Shown: positions 22,788 through 33,140, counted from the first letter of the stretch. The stretch: DNA of 64,000 nucleotides from Candidatus Hadarchaeales archaeon (GCA_038851075.1 JAWCLG010000003.1:40973-104972), one strand, 5' to 3'. Numbers and translations are program-made. The notes: generated by a model from the letters alone, not told the origin.

Positions 22788-24884
22788 ATGGGCATGGAGT
22801 ATATGCTCAGTCCTAAATCGGTTGCAGTCATAGGTGCAAGCAGGGAACCCGATAAAGTCGGCTACAGAGTGCTGAAGAACATTGTCGAAGGTGGGTTTGG
22901 CGGCGGAGTATATCCAGTCAATCCCAATGCGGAAGAGATACTTGGCCTGAAATGTTTCAAAAATGTAGTCGATGTTCCTGATGATATCGACCTTGCGATA
23001 ATATCGGTCCCGGCAAAAATAGTTCCATCTGTTGCAAGAGAATGCGGAAACAAGGGTGTGAAGGGGCTCGTCGTCATATCAGCTGGGTTTGGAGAAACCG
23101 GTGCCGAAGGTCTCAGGCTTGAGAGGGAACTGGCTAACACGTGCAAGGAGTATGGAATGCGCCTTCAGGGACCAAACTGTCTGGGAACGATAAACACCAG
23201 ATTGAGGCTGAACGCCACATTCTCCAAGACCACTCCAATAAGTGGAAAGGTCGCGCTGTTATCACAGAGCGGTGCTCTAGGAAGCGCCATGCTGAACTGG
23301 GCGCTTGACAAAGGTGTGGGTTTCACCAACTTTGTGAGCTTGGGAAATGAGGTTGACCTGACTGCTGCTGACTTTCTAGAGATGCTTGAAAACGATGATT
23401 CCACCAAAGCGATTGGGATGTATATCGAGGGGGTTAAGGACGGGCGAAGATTCATTAAAATATGCAGGAAAGTTTCACGCAAGAAACCGATCATCGTTCT
23501 CAAATCCGGAACGACAGAAACCGGAATAAAAGCCGTTTCGTCTCACACCGGGTCCCTTGCAGGGTCGGATGTCGCATTTACTGCGGCCTGTAAAAAGGCA
23601 GGCCTCATAAGAGTCCTCAGCCTGGAGGATCTCTTCGACCTGATCAGGGGATTTGGGTCATTCCATCTAGTGAACAGCAGTGGAGTTCTGATTGTCACAA
23701 ATGGTGGAGGCCCTGGCGTTCTGGCAGCCGATACATGCGAGATGGAATCTCTCACGGTCCCGTTGCTTGATCAGGAGATCTATATGAAACTGAGAGAAAT
23801 GCTTCCGCCACACGCCACAGTGCACAACCCGGTCGACGTCCTCGGAGATGCCGATGACGGGCGCTACAAAAATGCCCTTGAGGTCTCTTTATCTAGCACG
23901 AAAATAGGCGGAGCCATAGTCATTGTAACTCCACAGGCGATGACCCCGCTGAGGGATATAGCACGCGCTCTGGCCGAGGTGAGGAAAATCTATCCCGATA
24001 AAATAATTCTGCCAGTCTTTATGGGAGTGTCCGGAGAGCCAATCGATATTTTGAAGAACAACGGCCTCCCGAACTACGAGTTTCCCGAATCAGCGGTAAA
24101 GGTGATGAGCAGGATGCATCAGTATACTCAATACCGTGCTGAACGGGAAGAACCGCCCGCAACTTTTGACGATTTCGATTACTCCAGAATTAAAAGCATC
24201 ATAAGCCGGGTGAAAGAAAGCGGAAGAACCGCTATGACCGTAGATGAGTGTATCGATGTCGCTAAAGCATGCAATATAAATGTGCCAGAAATTGCCATAG
24301 CGAGGAATGCAGAAGAGGCTGTTGAGATTGCCGAGCGAATTGGCTATCCAGTAGTGATGAAGGTGATCTCTCCAGACATCTTGCACAAGACAGACATCGG
24401 AGGGGTCAAACTCAACGTTAACGGAGCAAACGATGTAAGAAAAAATTATGAACTTATGATGAGAAAAATAAAAACAGTACTCCCAGAAAGCAGGATATCT
24501 GGAGTGATGATCTACCGGATGGCTCCTCAAGGAAAAGAGATCATAATAGGTGCAGTCAGGGATGCTCAGTTTGGGCCAATCCTCATGTTCGGGCTAGGAG
24601 GGATATATGTTAACTTTCTAAAAGATGTGGCATATGCAATGTGTCCAATATCATTGAATGAAGCCAGTGAACTCGTCAAAGAAACAAAAGCTTATACTCT
24701 GCTGAGAGGGGTCAGGGGCGAACCTCCATCGGACACCGCATCTGTTATTGACACCATACTTAGAATTTCCCATCTAATCAGCACCTTCGACGATATACTT
24801 GAGATAGAGATAAATCCGACTTTTGTTTACGGGGAGGGGAAAGGATGTCTTGCAATAGATATAAGAGCAGTGGTCTCTCAGTAA
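22788..24884 (+). CDS. ADP-forming acetate/acyl-CoA ligase, alpha-beta fusion
   Basis: AVIGAS, GPNCLG, SQSGA, phospho-His SHTGSLAG, HKTDIGGV, EINP. Confidence 0.93.
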   Translation: MGMEYMLSPKSVAVIGASREPDKVGYRVLKNIVEGGFGGGVYPVNPNAEEILGLKCFKNVVDVPDDIDLAIISVPAKIVPSVARECGNKGVKGLVVISAGFGETGAEGLRLERELANTCKEYGMRLQGPNCLGTINTRLRLNATFSKTTPISGKVALLSQSGALGSAMLNWALDKGVGFTNFVSLGNEVDLTAADFLEMLENDDSTKAIGMYIEGVKDGRRFIKICRKVSRKKPIIVLKSGTTETGIKAVSSHTGSLAGSDVAFTAACKKAGLIRVLSLEDLFDLIRGFGSFHLVNSSGVLIVTNGGGPGVLAADTCEMESLTVPLLDQEIYMKLREMLPPHATVHNPVDVLGDADDGRYKNALEVSLSSTKIGGAIVIVTPQAMTPLRDIARALAEVRKIYPDKIILPVFMGVSGEPIDILKNNGLPNYEFPESAVKVMSRMHQYTQYRAEREEPPATFDDFDYSRIKSIISRVKESGRTAMTVDECIDVAKACNINVPEIAIARNAEEAVEIAERIGYPVVMKVISPDILHKTDIGGVKLNVNGANDVRKNYELMMRKIKTVLPESRISGVMIYRMAPQGKEIIIGAVRDAQFGPILMFGLGGIYVNFLKDVAYAMCPISLNEASELVKETKAYTLLRGVRGEPPSDTASVIDTILRISHLISTFDDILEIEINPTFVYGEGKGCLAIDIRAVVSQ

Positions 24885-24900
24885 GGAGGTGGGCTGAAGC

Positions 24901-25959
24901 ATGACCGTTTCCTCGATATACGTAATTTCTCCGGCGGAATGCTCAGGAAAAACCAGCATCATAGTTTCCATGGCCATCAAAGCGAGGGAACTCGGAAAAA
25001 GCGTCGGGTATTTCAAGCCGATAGGATACAGATCTCCGGTGGAACAGACCGAAGAGCACATTGACGACGATGCAAAAAATATTAAGGAGATACTCGGCCT
25101 TGAAGAAGAACCAGATGTCCTGTGTCCAGTCGTTATCGACAAACAAGATTTTTTGAAGAATATCTCGCAAAAAAATGAAATAAGAAAAAGAATAATCGAA
25201 TGCTATAAAAAAGTATCTAAAGGAAAAGATCTGCTGCTCATCGAGGGTCCCCACTCAATTTCAGGGGGAATATCTATCGACTGCGCAGCACCGGATCTAG
25301 CCAGAGAGTTTGGCTCAAGAATAATAGTGGCAGCAAACGCAGAAAACGACTCATTTATGGAGGAGCTTCTACTTACCGTAAAATTCTGCGAGAGGTACAG
25401 TATAACTCCTGCAGGAGCGATACTCAACAAGGTTTCAGATTACTATTCTGAAGTGGAGAGCGCGGTGAAATCTATTCTCGAAAAAGAGGGAATCGAGCTG
25501 CTGGGATCTATACCAAAGAACGAGATACTCGGCTCACCCCGGGTTCTTGAGATAGTCGACTCTATTGGCGGAGATATCATCGCAGGAAGAGAGGGTTTGG
25601 GCAACATCGTCCAAAACCTGATGATCGGGGCAATGTCTCTGGAAAGCGCGATGAAACATTTCCGCAAGAGCACAAAAAAGCTCGTGATAGTCGGCGGGGA
25701 CAGAACCGACATCATCTCGGCGGCTCTGGAAACGGGGGCCTCCGCGGTTGTCGTCACCGGAAATCTCTACCCGAGTGTAAAGATACTGCCAAAAGCGGAC
25801 GAGCTTAAAACACCGGTGCTGCTTGTCCCATATGACACCTACACGGCGCTTAGCATGATTCAAAAAATAGTTGGGAAGATAAAACCCAATGACAGAGCTA
25901 AAATTGACGTCATAAAAAAATTTGGAGCAAACATCAACTTGGATAAAATCATGAACTAG
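24901..25959 (+). CDS. Phosphotransacetylase N-terminal-like protein (BioD-like P-loop plus DRTGG domain)
   Basis: SGKT, YFKPIG, LLIEG, GGDRTD; lacks the catalytic Pta domain. Confidence 0.85.
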   Translation: MTVSSIYVISPAECSGKTSIIVSMAIKARELGKSVGYFKPIGYRSPVEQTEEHIDDDAKNIKEILGLEEEPDVLCPVVIDKQDFLKNISQKNEIRKRIIECYKKVSKGKDLLLIEGPHSISGGISIDCAAPDLAREFGSRIIVAANAENDSFMEELLLTVKFCERYSITPAGAILNKVSDYYSEVESAVKSILEKEGIELLGSIPKNEILGSPRVLEIVDSIGGDIIAGREGLGNIVQNLMIGAMSLESAMKHFRKSTKKLVIVGGDRTDIISAALETGASAVVVTGNLYPSVKILPKADELKTPVLLVPYDTYTALSMIQKIVGKIKPNDRAKIDVIKKFGANINLDKIMN

Positions 25960-28414
25960 AAAACTTTCTGGTACCAGCCCCTATCTCCCTGACAATCCTT
26001 CCAACGTTTTCTCTCGGATTGGACGAGTTATAAATCGCGCTTCCCGCTATGCATATGTCGGCTCCAGCGGCGACCACATCTCCAGCGACGCCTTCCTTTA
26101 TGCCTCCGGCGACGGCCAGCAGAAAGTCTCCGGCAACTTTCTTTGCCTCCGATATGAGCTGCGCCTGTTCATATATTCCCCTGCCCTTCAGCTGCTCGCT
26201 TATTCCCCTGTGGATGCAGAAGATAACCCTGTTTTCATGACCCCCAAGGAGTTCCTTCAGCTCTCTCATAACATGCAACGGGTTCAAACAGTCTATGAAA
26301 TCCACGAGAACCGCTCTGTCCCATCTTGTGGCCTCGCTGATCGCCTCCATTACCTTGGTCTTGCCCCCGATGGCCAGTACAGCTGACACGTCGGCCCCTG
26401 CTCTGAACGCTATTCTGGCTTCCAAGTTACCTACGTCCATGGTCTTCAGGTCAGCTACAATTATGGCATCCGGAGCGACCTTTCTGAGCGCCGGGATAAG
26501 ACGATCGACTCCATGCCTTTTGACTGCTGGTGTGCCAGCCTCGATGATACGTGCACCTCCAAGGTAAGCATCCTTCGCAACTGAGGAGATCGTTTCAATG
26601 TCTGAGTCCATATCCAGAGCGACCTGAAGCGCGGGAAGAGAGAGCCTCTCGATGGGGCTCAGAACGACCTCAAACTTCCTGGCAAACTGAACCCTCCTCA
26701 ACCGCACTGGTTTCGGAACACCCTTGGTGCTCCATTCCCTCTCGGAATAATAAGCTCTGATAAGCCCCCTAAGATCAATGCCAAAATCTCCCGGAAGCCT
26801 GTCATCCCCGGGCCCAAATTTTTCTCTGATGTTGAAAAGACGCTCTGTGTCATAAATGCGTGACCCGACATCGTGGAGATACTCTCCGGTCCACAGCATA
26901 CCCGTGACCGCGGTCAGCGCCTTTGCCACATCGTCAAGCTCATAGTCAAGCGTTGCGAAAAGCGCGAATCCATGGTACTTGCATCCGATCATTGAATCGT
27001 AAACCGCAAAAGCATCCTGCATTCTCCTCACCAGCCTTGCCTTTCCCCTGTCTGATCTCGGGTCCACAAACTCCGGATTACTCAGTATCTCTGGTCCAAT
27101 GGTATACGCACGGAGGTGACACGCCCCCCTATTTGATGTCGCATAAGCGAGTGCTATCCCTCTCGCGCCTCTTGGATCATATGCCGGAAGTTCAAGTCCC
27201 TTCACGATCGGTGCCAGCAGCCCCTTTACCCTCCCGATTTTTGCAAGTCCAAACGAATACTTTGACCTTCCACCCGCTATCTCCCTGATAAGTCTCCTCG
27301 CATCCTCGATTCCTTTTATTTCTTCAGCCTTCCTTGCGTATCCCAGAATTCCGCCGACAGAAATCGCATCAAGACCCAGCTCATCGCACATCCTGTTGAG
27401 CTCCGAGATCTGTTCGTACTCATAAAATCCTGAATTCGGACCCAGCATCACGATATTCTCGAACTCCGCGCCCTTACCCTCCCGCCCTCCGACATTGACC
27501 CATCTGCCGCAGGCCGTGGGACACGCGAAACAAGCGGTCTTTCTGACGAGATATTTCTCCCGCACCGTCTCTCCGGAAAACGCGTCCACGTCATCAAAAC
27601 TCAACCTTCTTCCAGAGAAGTTATCGTTTGGGAGCATGCCCGCGGCTGTTATCCTGTGAACCAGCAGCGCGGTTCCAAATCTGGCCAGGCTTCCATCGAT
27701 TCCTGTGATGGGGTGCGTCTCAACTATCTTTCTGATCTTTTTCAGTACTTTTTCAAACTCCCCGGGGTGCTCAACCCTTACCTTTTGGGTACCTCTCACA
27801 ACCACCGCCTTCAGCCGCTTTGATCCCATAACCGCGCCCATACCGCACCTTCCCGCAAATCCCTCCCTGCCGCCCTTTCCGGCGGTGTAAACGCACGCCA
27901 TTCTCGCCAGATTTTCACCTGCAGGACCTATCGTCGCCACCCATGAACCACCGTGTGAATTAAGAAGCTCGCTGCCAGCTTCCACCGTGCTTTTGCCCCA
28001 GAGTTCCCCTGCATCCTCAATCGAGACATTTTCACCATCCACTGAGAGATAAACGGGCTTTTTGGAGGCGCCTTCAAAAACGATACCGTCAAAGCCGGCC
28101 ATCTTCAGGAAAGCACCGAACGACCCGCCCATCAGCGAATCCGCCACGGTCCCTGTCAAAGGAGACTTTGAACAAACAGCGGTTCTGCCGGCTCCCGGAT
28201 ACGGAGTTCCGGTGAGGGGCCCTGTCATGAACACTATCCTGTTTACAGGACTCAGCGGATCGGTTCCGGGAGCAAGCTCATCGTAGAGCAGCTTTGCGGC
28301 GTACCCCCTTCCGCCAAGATAGTTGTAAGCCACCGAGAGGTCCAGCTTCTCAACTTCTGTTCGCCCTTCTGTGAGGTCAACGCGCAGAATCCTTCCCGCA
28401 TAACCCCCGACCAT
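25949..28414 (-). CDS. Aldehyde:ferredoxin oxidoreductase fused to a C-terminal 3-hexulose-6-phosphate synthase (HPS/KGPDC)-like barrel
   Basis: AOR motifs SKSPLTG, GMGAVMGSKRLKA, CFACPTAC, RGACH; C-terminal LQVALD, EAGTP, ADLKTMDVG, AVAGGI, GSAI. Confidence 0.88.
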   Translation of the reverse strand: MVGGYAGRILRVDLTEGRTEVEKLDLSVAYNYLGGRGYAAKLLYDELAPGTDPLSPVNRIVFMTGPLTGTPYPGAGRTAVCSKSPLTGTVADSLMGGSFGAFLKMAGFDGIVFEGASKKPVYLSVDGENVSIEDAGELWGKSTVEAGSELLNSHGGSWVATIGPAGENLARMACVYTAGKGGREGFAGRCGMGAVMGSKRLKAVVVRGTQKVRVEHPGEFEKVLKKIRKIVETHPITGIDGSLARFGTALLVHRITAAGMLPNDNFSGRRLSFDDVDAFSGETVREKYLVRKTACFACPTACGRWVNVGGREGKGAEFENIVMLGPNSGFYEYEQISELNRMCDELGLDAISVGGILGYARKAEEIKGIEDARRLIREIAGGRSKYSFGLAKIGRVKGLLAPIVKGLELPAYDPRGARGIALAYATSNRGACHLRAYTIGPEILSNPEFVDPRSDRGKARLVRRMQDAFAVYDSMIGCKYHGFALFATLDYELDDVAKALTAVTGMLWTGEYLHDVGSRIYDTERLFNIREKFGPGDDRLPGDFGIDLRGLIRAYYSEREWSTKGVPKPVRLRRVQFARKFEVVLSPIERLSLPALQVALDMDSDIETISSVAKDAYLGGARIIEAGTPAVKRHGVDRLIPALRKVAPDAIIVADLKTMDVGNLEARIAFRAGADVSAVLAIGGKTKVMEAISEATRWDRAVLVDFIDCLNPLHVMRELKELLGGHENRVIFCIHRGISEQLKGRGIYEQAQLISEAKKVAGDFLLAVAGGIKEGVAGDVVAAGADICIAGSAIYNSSNPRENVGRIVREIGAGTRKFSSS

Positions 28415-28462
28415 GTTACCACAAACTAATTATCGGTAGAATAAATAACATCTTGGGGCACT

Positions 28463-29317
28463 ATGAAGGTAACTGCGAACAGCATCCGGGAGATGAAATC
28501 CAAGGGAGAAAAGCTGGTGATGGTTACCGCATACGACTTTCCCACAGCGGCAATTCTTGATGCGGCTGGAGTCGACTCGATACTCGTTGGTGACTCTGTC
28601 GGGAACGTGGTACTCGGATACAGAGACACCCTCCGGGTCACTGTGGAGGACATGATCCATCACCTGAAAGCCGTTTCGAGGGGAACTGAAAGAGCGCTTG
28701 TGGTTGGAGACATGCCATTTATGTCGTATCAGGCCAGCGAAGAGGATGCTGTGAGGAACGCGGGCAAGCTGTTCAAACAGGGGGGAGCCGAGGCCGTCAA
28801 GGTTGAGGGTGGTGGCCCGATAATCAGAAGAATCCGGGCCATAGTTGAATCCGGAATGCCCGTTATGGGACACCTCGGCCTGACGCCCCAGTGGTATCAC
28901 CAGTTCGGAGGGTTCAAAGTACAGGGAAAGACAGGATCAACCGCGAGGCAGATACTGGATGACTCGGTGAAGATCGAGAGAGCTGGAGCCTTTGCACTTG
29001 TCCTCGAGTGTATTCCGTGGCAGCTGGCCAAGCTGATAACCGAAAAGCTGGAAATCCCTACCATAGGAATAGGGGCCGGACCTTACTGCGATGGACAGGT
29101 GCTCGTGCTTCACGACCTGATCGGGATGTCCGATGCCCAGCACAAATTCTCCAAGACCTACGCGGACGTGAGGGGCATCATATCCAAGGCGGTGTCCGAG
29201 TTCAGAAACGACGTGAGATCGGGAAAGTTTCCGACGCTCGCTCAGAGCTACGAGATGCCTAGGGAAGAAATGCGAAAGATGCTCTCGGAATTCAGGAAGA
29301 AAAGAAAACATTCTTAA
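28463..29317 (+). CDS. panB: 3-methyl-2-oxobutanoate hydroxymethyltransferase
   Basis: TAYD, LVGDS, GDMPF, VKVEGG, GHLGLTPQ, IGIGAG. Confidence 0.97.
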   Translation: MKVTANSIREMKSKGEKLVMVTAYDFPTAAILDAAGVDSILVGDSVGNVVLGYRDTLRVTVEDMIHHLKAVSRGTERALVVGDMPFMSYQASEEDAVRNAGKLFKQGGAEAVKVEGGGPIIRRIRAIVESGMPVMGHLGLTPQWYHQFGGFKVQGKTGSTARQILDDSVKIERAGAFALVLECIPWQLAKLITEKLEIPTIGIGAGPYCDGQVLVLHDLIGMSDAQHKFSKTYADVRGIISKAVSEFRNDVRSGKFPTLAQSYEMPREEMRKMLSEFRKKRKHS

Positions 29318-29411
29318 TTCATCCTTTTTTGACCCAGGAAGGACTTATGATGCGGTAGGGTTAAATACACCTGAAAATAGGAATAAACAGTTAAAAATGG
29401 AGGTGTGCTGA

Positions 29412-29576
29412 ATGGCATACGTGGTTAAATCTGCGGTCCGGACGTTGCTGAAGGACGTTCGCGCGAGCGGTGACTTTTTCAAGGGACTCGACGCCCTTGT
29501 GGCTGAGAGCTGCAAAAAAGCAATTGCCCGCGCAAAGGCCAACGGGAGAAAAACCGTCCGGGGCTGTGACCTGTAA
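29412..29576 (+). CDS. Short histone-fold protein (alpha3-truncated, DUF1931/face-to-face type), 54 aa
   Basis: Manual translation MAYVVKSAVRTLLKDVRASGDFFKGLDALVAESCKKAIARAKANGRKTVRGCDL; GGAGGTG RBS; below the ORF-track cutoff. Confidence 0.85.
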   Translation: MAYVVKSAVRTLLKDVRASGDFFKGLDALVAESCKKAIARAKANGRKTVRGCDL

Positions 29577-29597
29577 ACGGTCATATAAATTTAATTT

Positions 29598-29987
29598 TTA
29601 TTTTACTCTTTCAATTTTTCTTCTTCCAAGAGCCTGAATGTACTCTACTTCCACTCCCTCTTTCACGTCGCCTCTCAGGTTTATGGGAATCGGGAGCTCA
29701 AAAGTTTCGTACGTTGCTAGGTCCATGAGCTGTGCATTGTTCGAGACGATGGCAAGCACCTGGGCCGAACCCCTTTCTATTATTGGAACTTCAACCTTTG
29801 CGCTGGTCGGTTTCACTATTGTCCGCTTCTGGGAGTCAAAAAGACCAACCGCATCGATCTTTGCCTTTGCGTGACCGTGTTTTCCCGGAGCTGAGGTCGA
29901 GTATCCCACTATCCTGCAAGGTTCATCATCGATAATTATGAAACGTCCCTCCTTCAGCTTTCCGACCTCGGTCATCTCCTTTGACAT
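29598..29987 (-). CDS. eif5a: Translation factor aIF5A
   Basis: Hypusine motif SAPGKHGHAK. Confidence 0.97.
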   Translation of the reverse strand: MSKEMTEVGKLKEGRFIIIDDEPCRIVGYSTSAPGKHGHAKAKIDAVGLFDSQKRTIVKPTSAKVEVPIIERGSAQVLAIVSNNAQLMDLATYETFELPIPINLRGDVKEGVEVEYIQALGRRKIERVK

Positions 29988-30108
29988 TTTCGCACCTTTT
30001 AACATGTGCTCCCGGAGTTTAAAAATTTTGGTAAAATGCGATTTTTGAAGATTGAAGAGGGGCGGCTAAGATATAATATGCCTTCAGCAGAGTTTAAGTG
30101 GTGGTCAG

Positions 30109-30912
30109 ATGAAGGTCGGTCTTATCGTGAAAACGGAAATCCCGGGATCCGTGGAACTCGCAAAGAGAGTCATCTCGATGCTGCCAAAGGATGGCGTGAT
30201 CCTGGACGGAAAAATAGCGAAAAAGCTCGGAAAAAAACCCGGAAGGAGATGCGAGTTCAGGGAGGCAGATGCCGTGGTAACAATAGGTGGAGATGGGACC
30301 GCGCTGTTGGCCCAATCAATCGCTCCGAACGTGCCGCACCTGGGGATAAATATCGGGGAGAGAGGATTTCTGGCAGAGGTTTCTCCGAATGATGCTGCAA
30401 AGGCGATCAGACTTTTGAAATCGGGCAAACTTGAAATCGGAAAACGCGAGAGGTTGAGCTGCTCGGTTATGGGTAGAAAGGTATCGGATGCCCTGAACGA
30501 TGTTGTTGTGGTCTCTGCAGAACCTGGAAAAGCCGTGACCCTCAGGGCAGAGGTTGACGGCAGAGAGGTATTTGAAGTAAAAGGAGATGGGATGCTCATA
30601 TCAACGCCAACAGGGAGCACGGCCTATGCCTACGCAGCCGGAGGGCCTGTACTGGACCCCAGAGTCCCCGCCTTTGTGCTGGTCCCAATATGTCCGTCCT
30701 TTCCCAGAGTTTCACCTGTTGTAGTGCCGATGTCAAGCACTGTAGAGATAACAGTGAAAGGGCACGGAAGAAAAGCCTGGGTGATTGTCGACGGCAGGCG
30801 CGTGCACTGCGCAGGACCACGTGACCGAATAAGGCTGAATAGATCTGGGACTCCGGCGCTTTTTTTTAGGTGGGAAGAGTTCTATCGAAAAGTGAGGGAG
30901 AAACTGCGTTGA
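30109..30912 (+). CDS. nadK: NAD kinase
   Basis: GGDGT, ND motif, DGMLISTPTGSTAY. Confidence 0.94.
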   Translation: MKVGLIVKTEIPGSVELAKRVISMLPKDGVILDGKIAKKLGKKPGRRCEFREADAVVTIGGDGTALLAQSIAPNVPHLGINIGERGFLAEVSPNDAAKAIRLLKSGKLEIGKRERLSCSVMGRKVSDALNDVVVVSAEPGKAVTLRAEVDGREVFEVKGDGMLISTPTGSTAYAYAAGGPVLDPRVPAFVLVPICPSFPRVSPVVVPMSSTVEITVKGHGRKAWVIVDGRRVHCAGPRDRIRLNRSGTPALFFRWEEFYRKVREKLR

Positions 30913-31397
30913 CTGGAAAAGTGCTGGTGCTGGACACCTCGGCTGTGATAGCCGGGTTCGTGCCTGGGCTGGCAAAGGCAGAGCAGGTCACCGTGAGCGA
31001 GGTCATGGACGAGGCAAAAGACCTCTGCTCGAAACTCGAACTGGAAACCGCAATCATCACGGGCGGTCTGAAAATTATTGAGCCGTCTCCTGAATCCATC
31101 CGCGAGGTCGTTGTTAAGGTCGGAGAAACCAGAGACATGGTTTCGCCAACCGACATGAAGCTGGTTGCGCTTGCGCTTGAACTCAAGGACAGGGGAGCCG
31201 AGATAGTCACTGACGACTATGCCATACAAAACCTGGCCACAATTTTCGGAATACCATATCGCAAAATCGCAATGCCCGGAATAAAGGAGGTTCTGAGGTG
31301 GGAGTTCGTCTGTAACGGGTGTGGAAGAAGATATCCCGTCGACATGAGGACGTGTCCCGAGTGTGGCTCGTCGCTGACCAGAAAGGCAAAACGATGA
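30909..31397 (+). CDS. nob1: Nob1-like PIN/zinc-ribbon rRNA endonuclease
   Basis: VLDTSA, SPTD, TDDYAIQN, C-terminal CxxC...CxxC; TTG start overlaps the nadK stop. Confidence 0.9.
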   Translation: MTGKVLVLDTSAVIAGFVPGLAKAEQVTVSEVMDEAKDLCSKLELETAIITGGLKIIEPSPESIREVVVKVGETRDMVSPTDMKLVALALELKDRGAEIVTDDYAIQNLATIFGIPYRKIAMPGIKEVLRWEFVCNGCGRRYPVDMRTCPECGSSLTRKAKR

Positions 31398-31433
31398 GTA
31401 TTTTTATCAGGATGAGCAATATCTGATGGTTGA

Positions 31434-32147
31434 ATGAGAGTTATCGCCGCATCTTTCACGCCGATCATCGGTAAGGGGGAAAAGACCGCGCTGGAGAAAC
31501 TGAAAAACAATTCCCAGCGCGTTTTTGACACTGTTAAAAAAGCCGGGGAGCTTCTGAAAACATACTTTCTAGAGAAGAACATGGAGAAGGCCGAGACTAT
31601 CGGAAAAGAGGTATCAAGAATGGAAACCGAGGCAGACAGGGGAAGAAGAGAATTCATGGAGGTTCTCCACAGTGGGGCCTTCCTTCCGGCGCTCAGAGGG
31701 GATCTGGCGAGGCTTGCGGAGTCTCTGGACAGGGTTGCTGACGTGGCAGAGGGGATGATGCGGGACCTCCTCCTCAGAAGAAGATTGATGGATGCGGTTC
31801 TCGAGGCTGAGCGCAGGAATCAAAAAGTAAGAGAGCTCTGGGATAACATTTCAAAGATGGTGGAGCTCACGGAAAAGACCGTCAGCGTGATGTGCGAATC
31901 GATAAACCTGCTCGACAAAAACATGAACACCGCGATTGAAAAGGCGAAGGAAGTTGACAGGCTTGAGCATGAGGTCGATATAATCGAACATGATATCCTG
32001 CGAAACATCTACGCGCTAGAAAACACATTCGACCCGGTCAGCATATACCAGCTCGCAAGCGTGATCAACAGATACGAAAACGTGACGGACAGGGCGGAGG
32101 ATGTCGGAGATCTGGTTGCAATTCTTGTATATTCTTTCAGGGCGTGA
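31434..32147 (+). CDS. DUF47/PhoU-like phosphate transport regulator
   Basis: ETEAD and EHEVD repeats, DRVAD/DRAED; converges on the PiT gene. Confidence 0.88.
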   Translation: MRVIAASFTPIIGKGEKTALEKLKNNSQRVFDTVKKAGELLKTYFLEKNMEKAETIGKEVSRMETEADRGRREFMEVLHSGAFLPALRGDLARLAESLDRVADVAEGMMRDLLLRRRLMDAVLEAERRNQKVRELWDNISKMVELTEKTVSVMCESINLLDKNMNTAIEKAKEVDRLEHEVDIIEHDILRNIYALENTFDPVSIYQLASVINRYENVTDRAEDVGDLVAILVYSFRA

Positions 32148-32162
32148 ACTTATCTAACCATA

Positions 32163-33140
32163 TCACATCAGACCCAGCGTAAACAACCCTAAGATGGATG
32201 CCAGAGCCATCGACGCTGCGGGCACAAGTATCCACACCGCAATTATTCTCCTCATGCTGCCTAGATTCACGGTTGATACTCCTCTGGAAAGGCTGGCTCC
32301 TATCAACCCCCCAACGAAAGCCTGCGTTGTTGACACTGGGATTCTCATCTGCACGAATGACCACACGACCACAACGGTACTGAGCTGTGCGGAAAATGCC
32401 GTAAAGGCGTCGAGCCTCGTTATTCTGCTCCCAACAGTCCTCATGACCTTAGTGCTGTACGTCAGGGCTCCAAAAACCGCTCCCGCCCACCCGAGCACTC
32501 CTGCCAACAGAAAGGCGCTCGGCCATCCCTCTCCCGATAAAAAAGGATAAAAAAGCCCCGTTGACGCGCCAAGGTCGTTCGCTCCAAACACGTATGCCGT
32601 GAGGGCGCTGCTGAGGACCAGCCCGACCAGCATGAAGTGGCTTATGCCGGAGATGGACGCTATCCTCAAAGTCGCTGAAACGGTTGCCTTCCTCACAAGA
32701 AAGGCTCCGGCTGCGGAAAGCAGCGGACTCAGGCACCACGAAACAAGGACTGCGATGAAGAGACCGGTGTTTATCCATATGCCAGTGCCCGGACAAGCTA
32801 AAATGACCACGATTCCAAAACCCATAACCGCACCGACCACCGCCTGGGAAACCGAAACTGGCATTCCAATAAGAGTGGCCGAAGTCACGGCCACCACGGC
32901 CGATATCATCGAAATAAGCGCGAAGAGTGAAAAGCCTGCGATCTGACCCTCAAACCCACCCACCAGACCCTCGCCAACTGTGCTCATGTTTTTCCATCCT
33001 TCAACCGAGACCCCGAGGGCAAGAAAAACTGTGAATATTATTAGAGCGTGCCTTCGCGAAAGCATTCCGCATCCCGCAACGGCTCCAACGCATCCGGAAG
33101 AATTGTTTGCACCTAGCACCCATGCCGCGTATAGGCCCAC
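32163..33140 (-). CDS. PiT-family inorganic phosphate transporter
   Basis: GANN/GAND signatures, PVSVSQ/PVSTTQ; true start may be ~11 codons upstream. Confidence 0.92.
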   Translation of the reverse strand: MGLYAAWVLGANNSSGCVGAVAGCGMLSRRHALIIFTVFLALGVSVEGWKNMSTVGEGLVGGFEGQIAGFSLFALISMISAVVAVTSATLIGMPVSVSQAVVGAVMGFGIVVILACPGTGIWINTGLFIAVLVSWCLSPLLSAAGAFLVRKATVSATLRIASISGISHFMLVGLVLSSALTAYVFGANDLGASTGLFYPFLSGEGWPSAFLLAGVLGWAGAVFGALTYSTKVMRTVGSRITRLDAFTAFSAQLSTVVVVWSFVQMRIPVSTTQAFVGGLIGASLSRGVSTVNLGSMRRIIAVWILVPAASMALASILGLFTLGLM

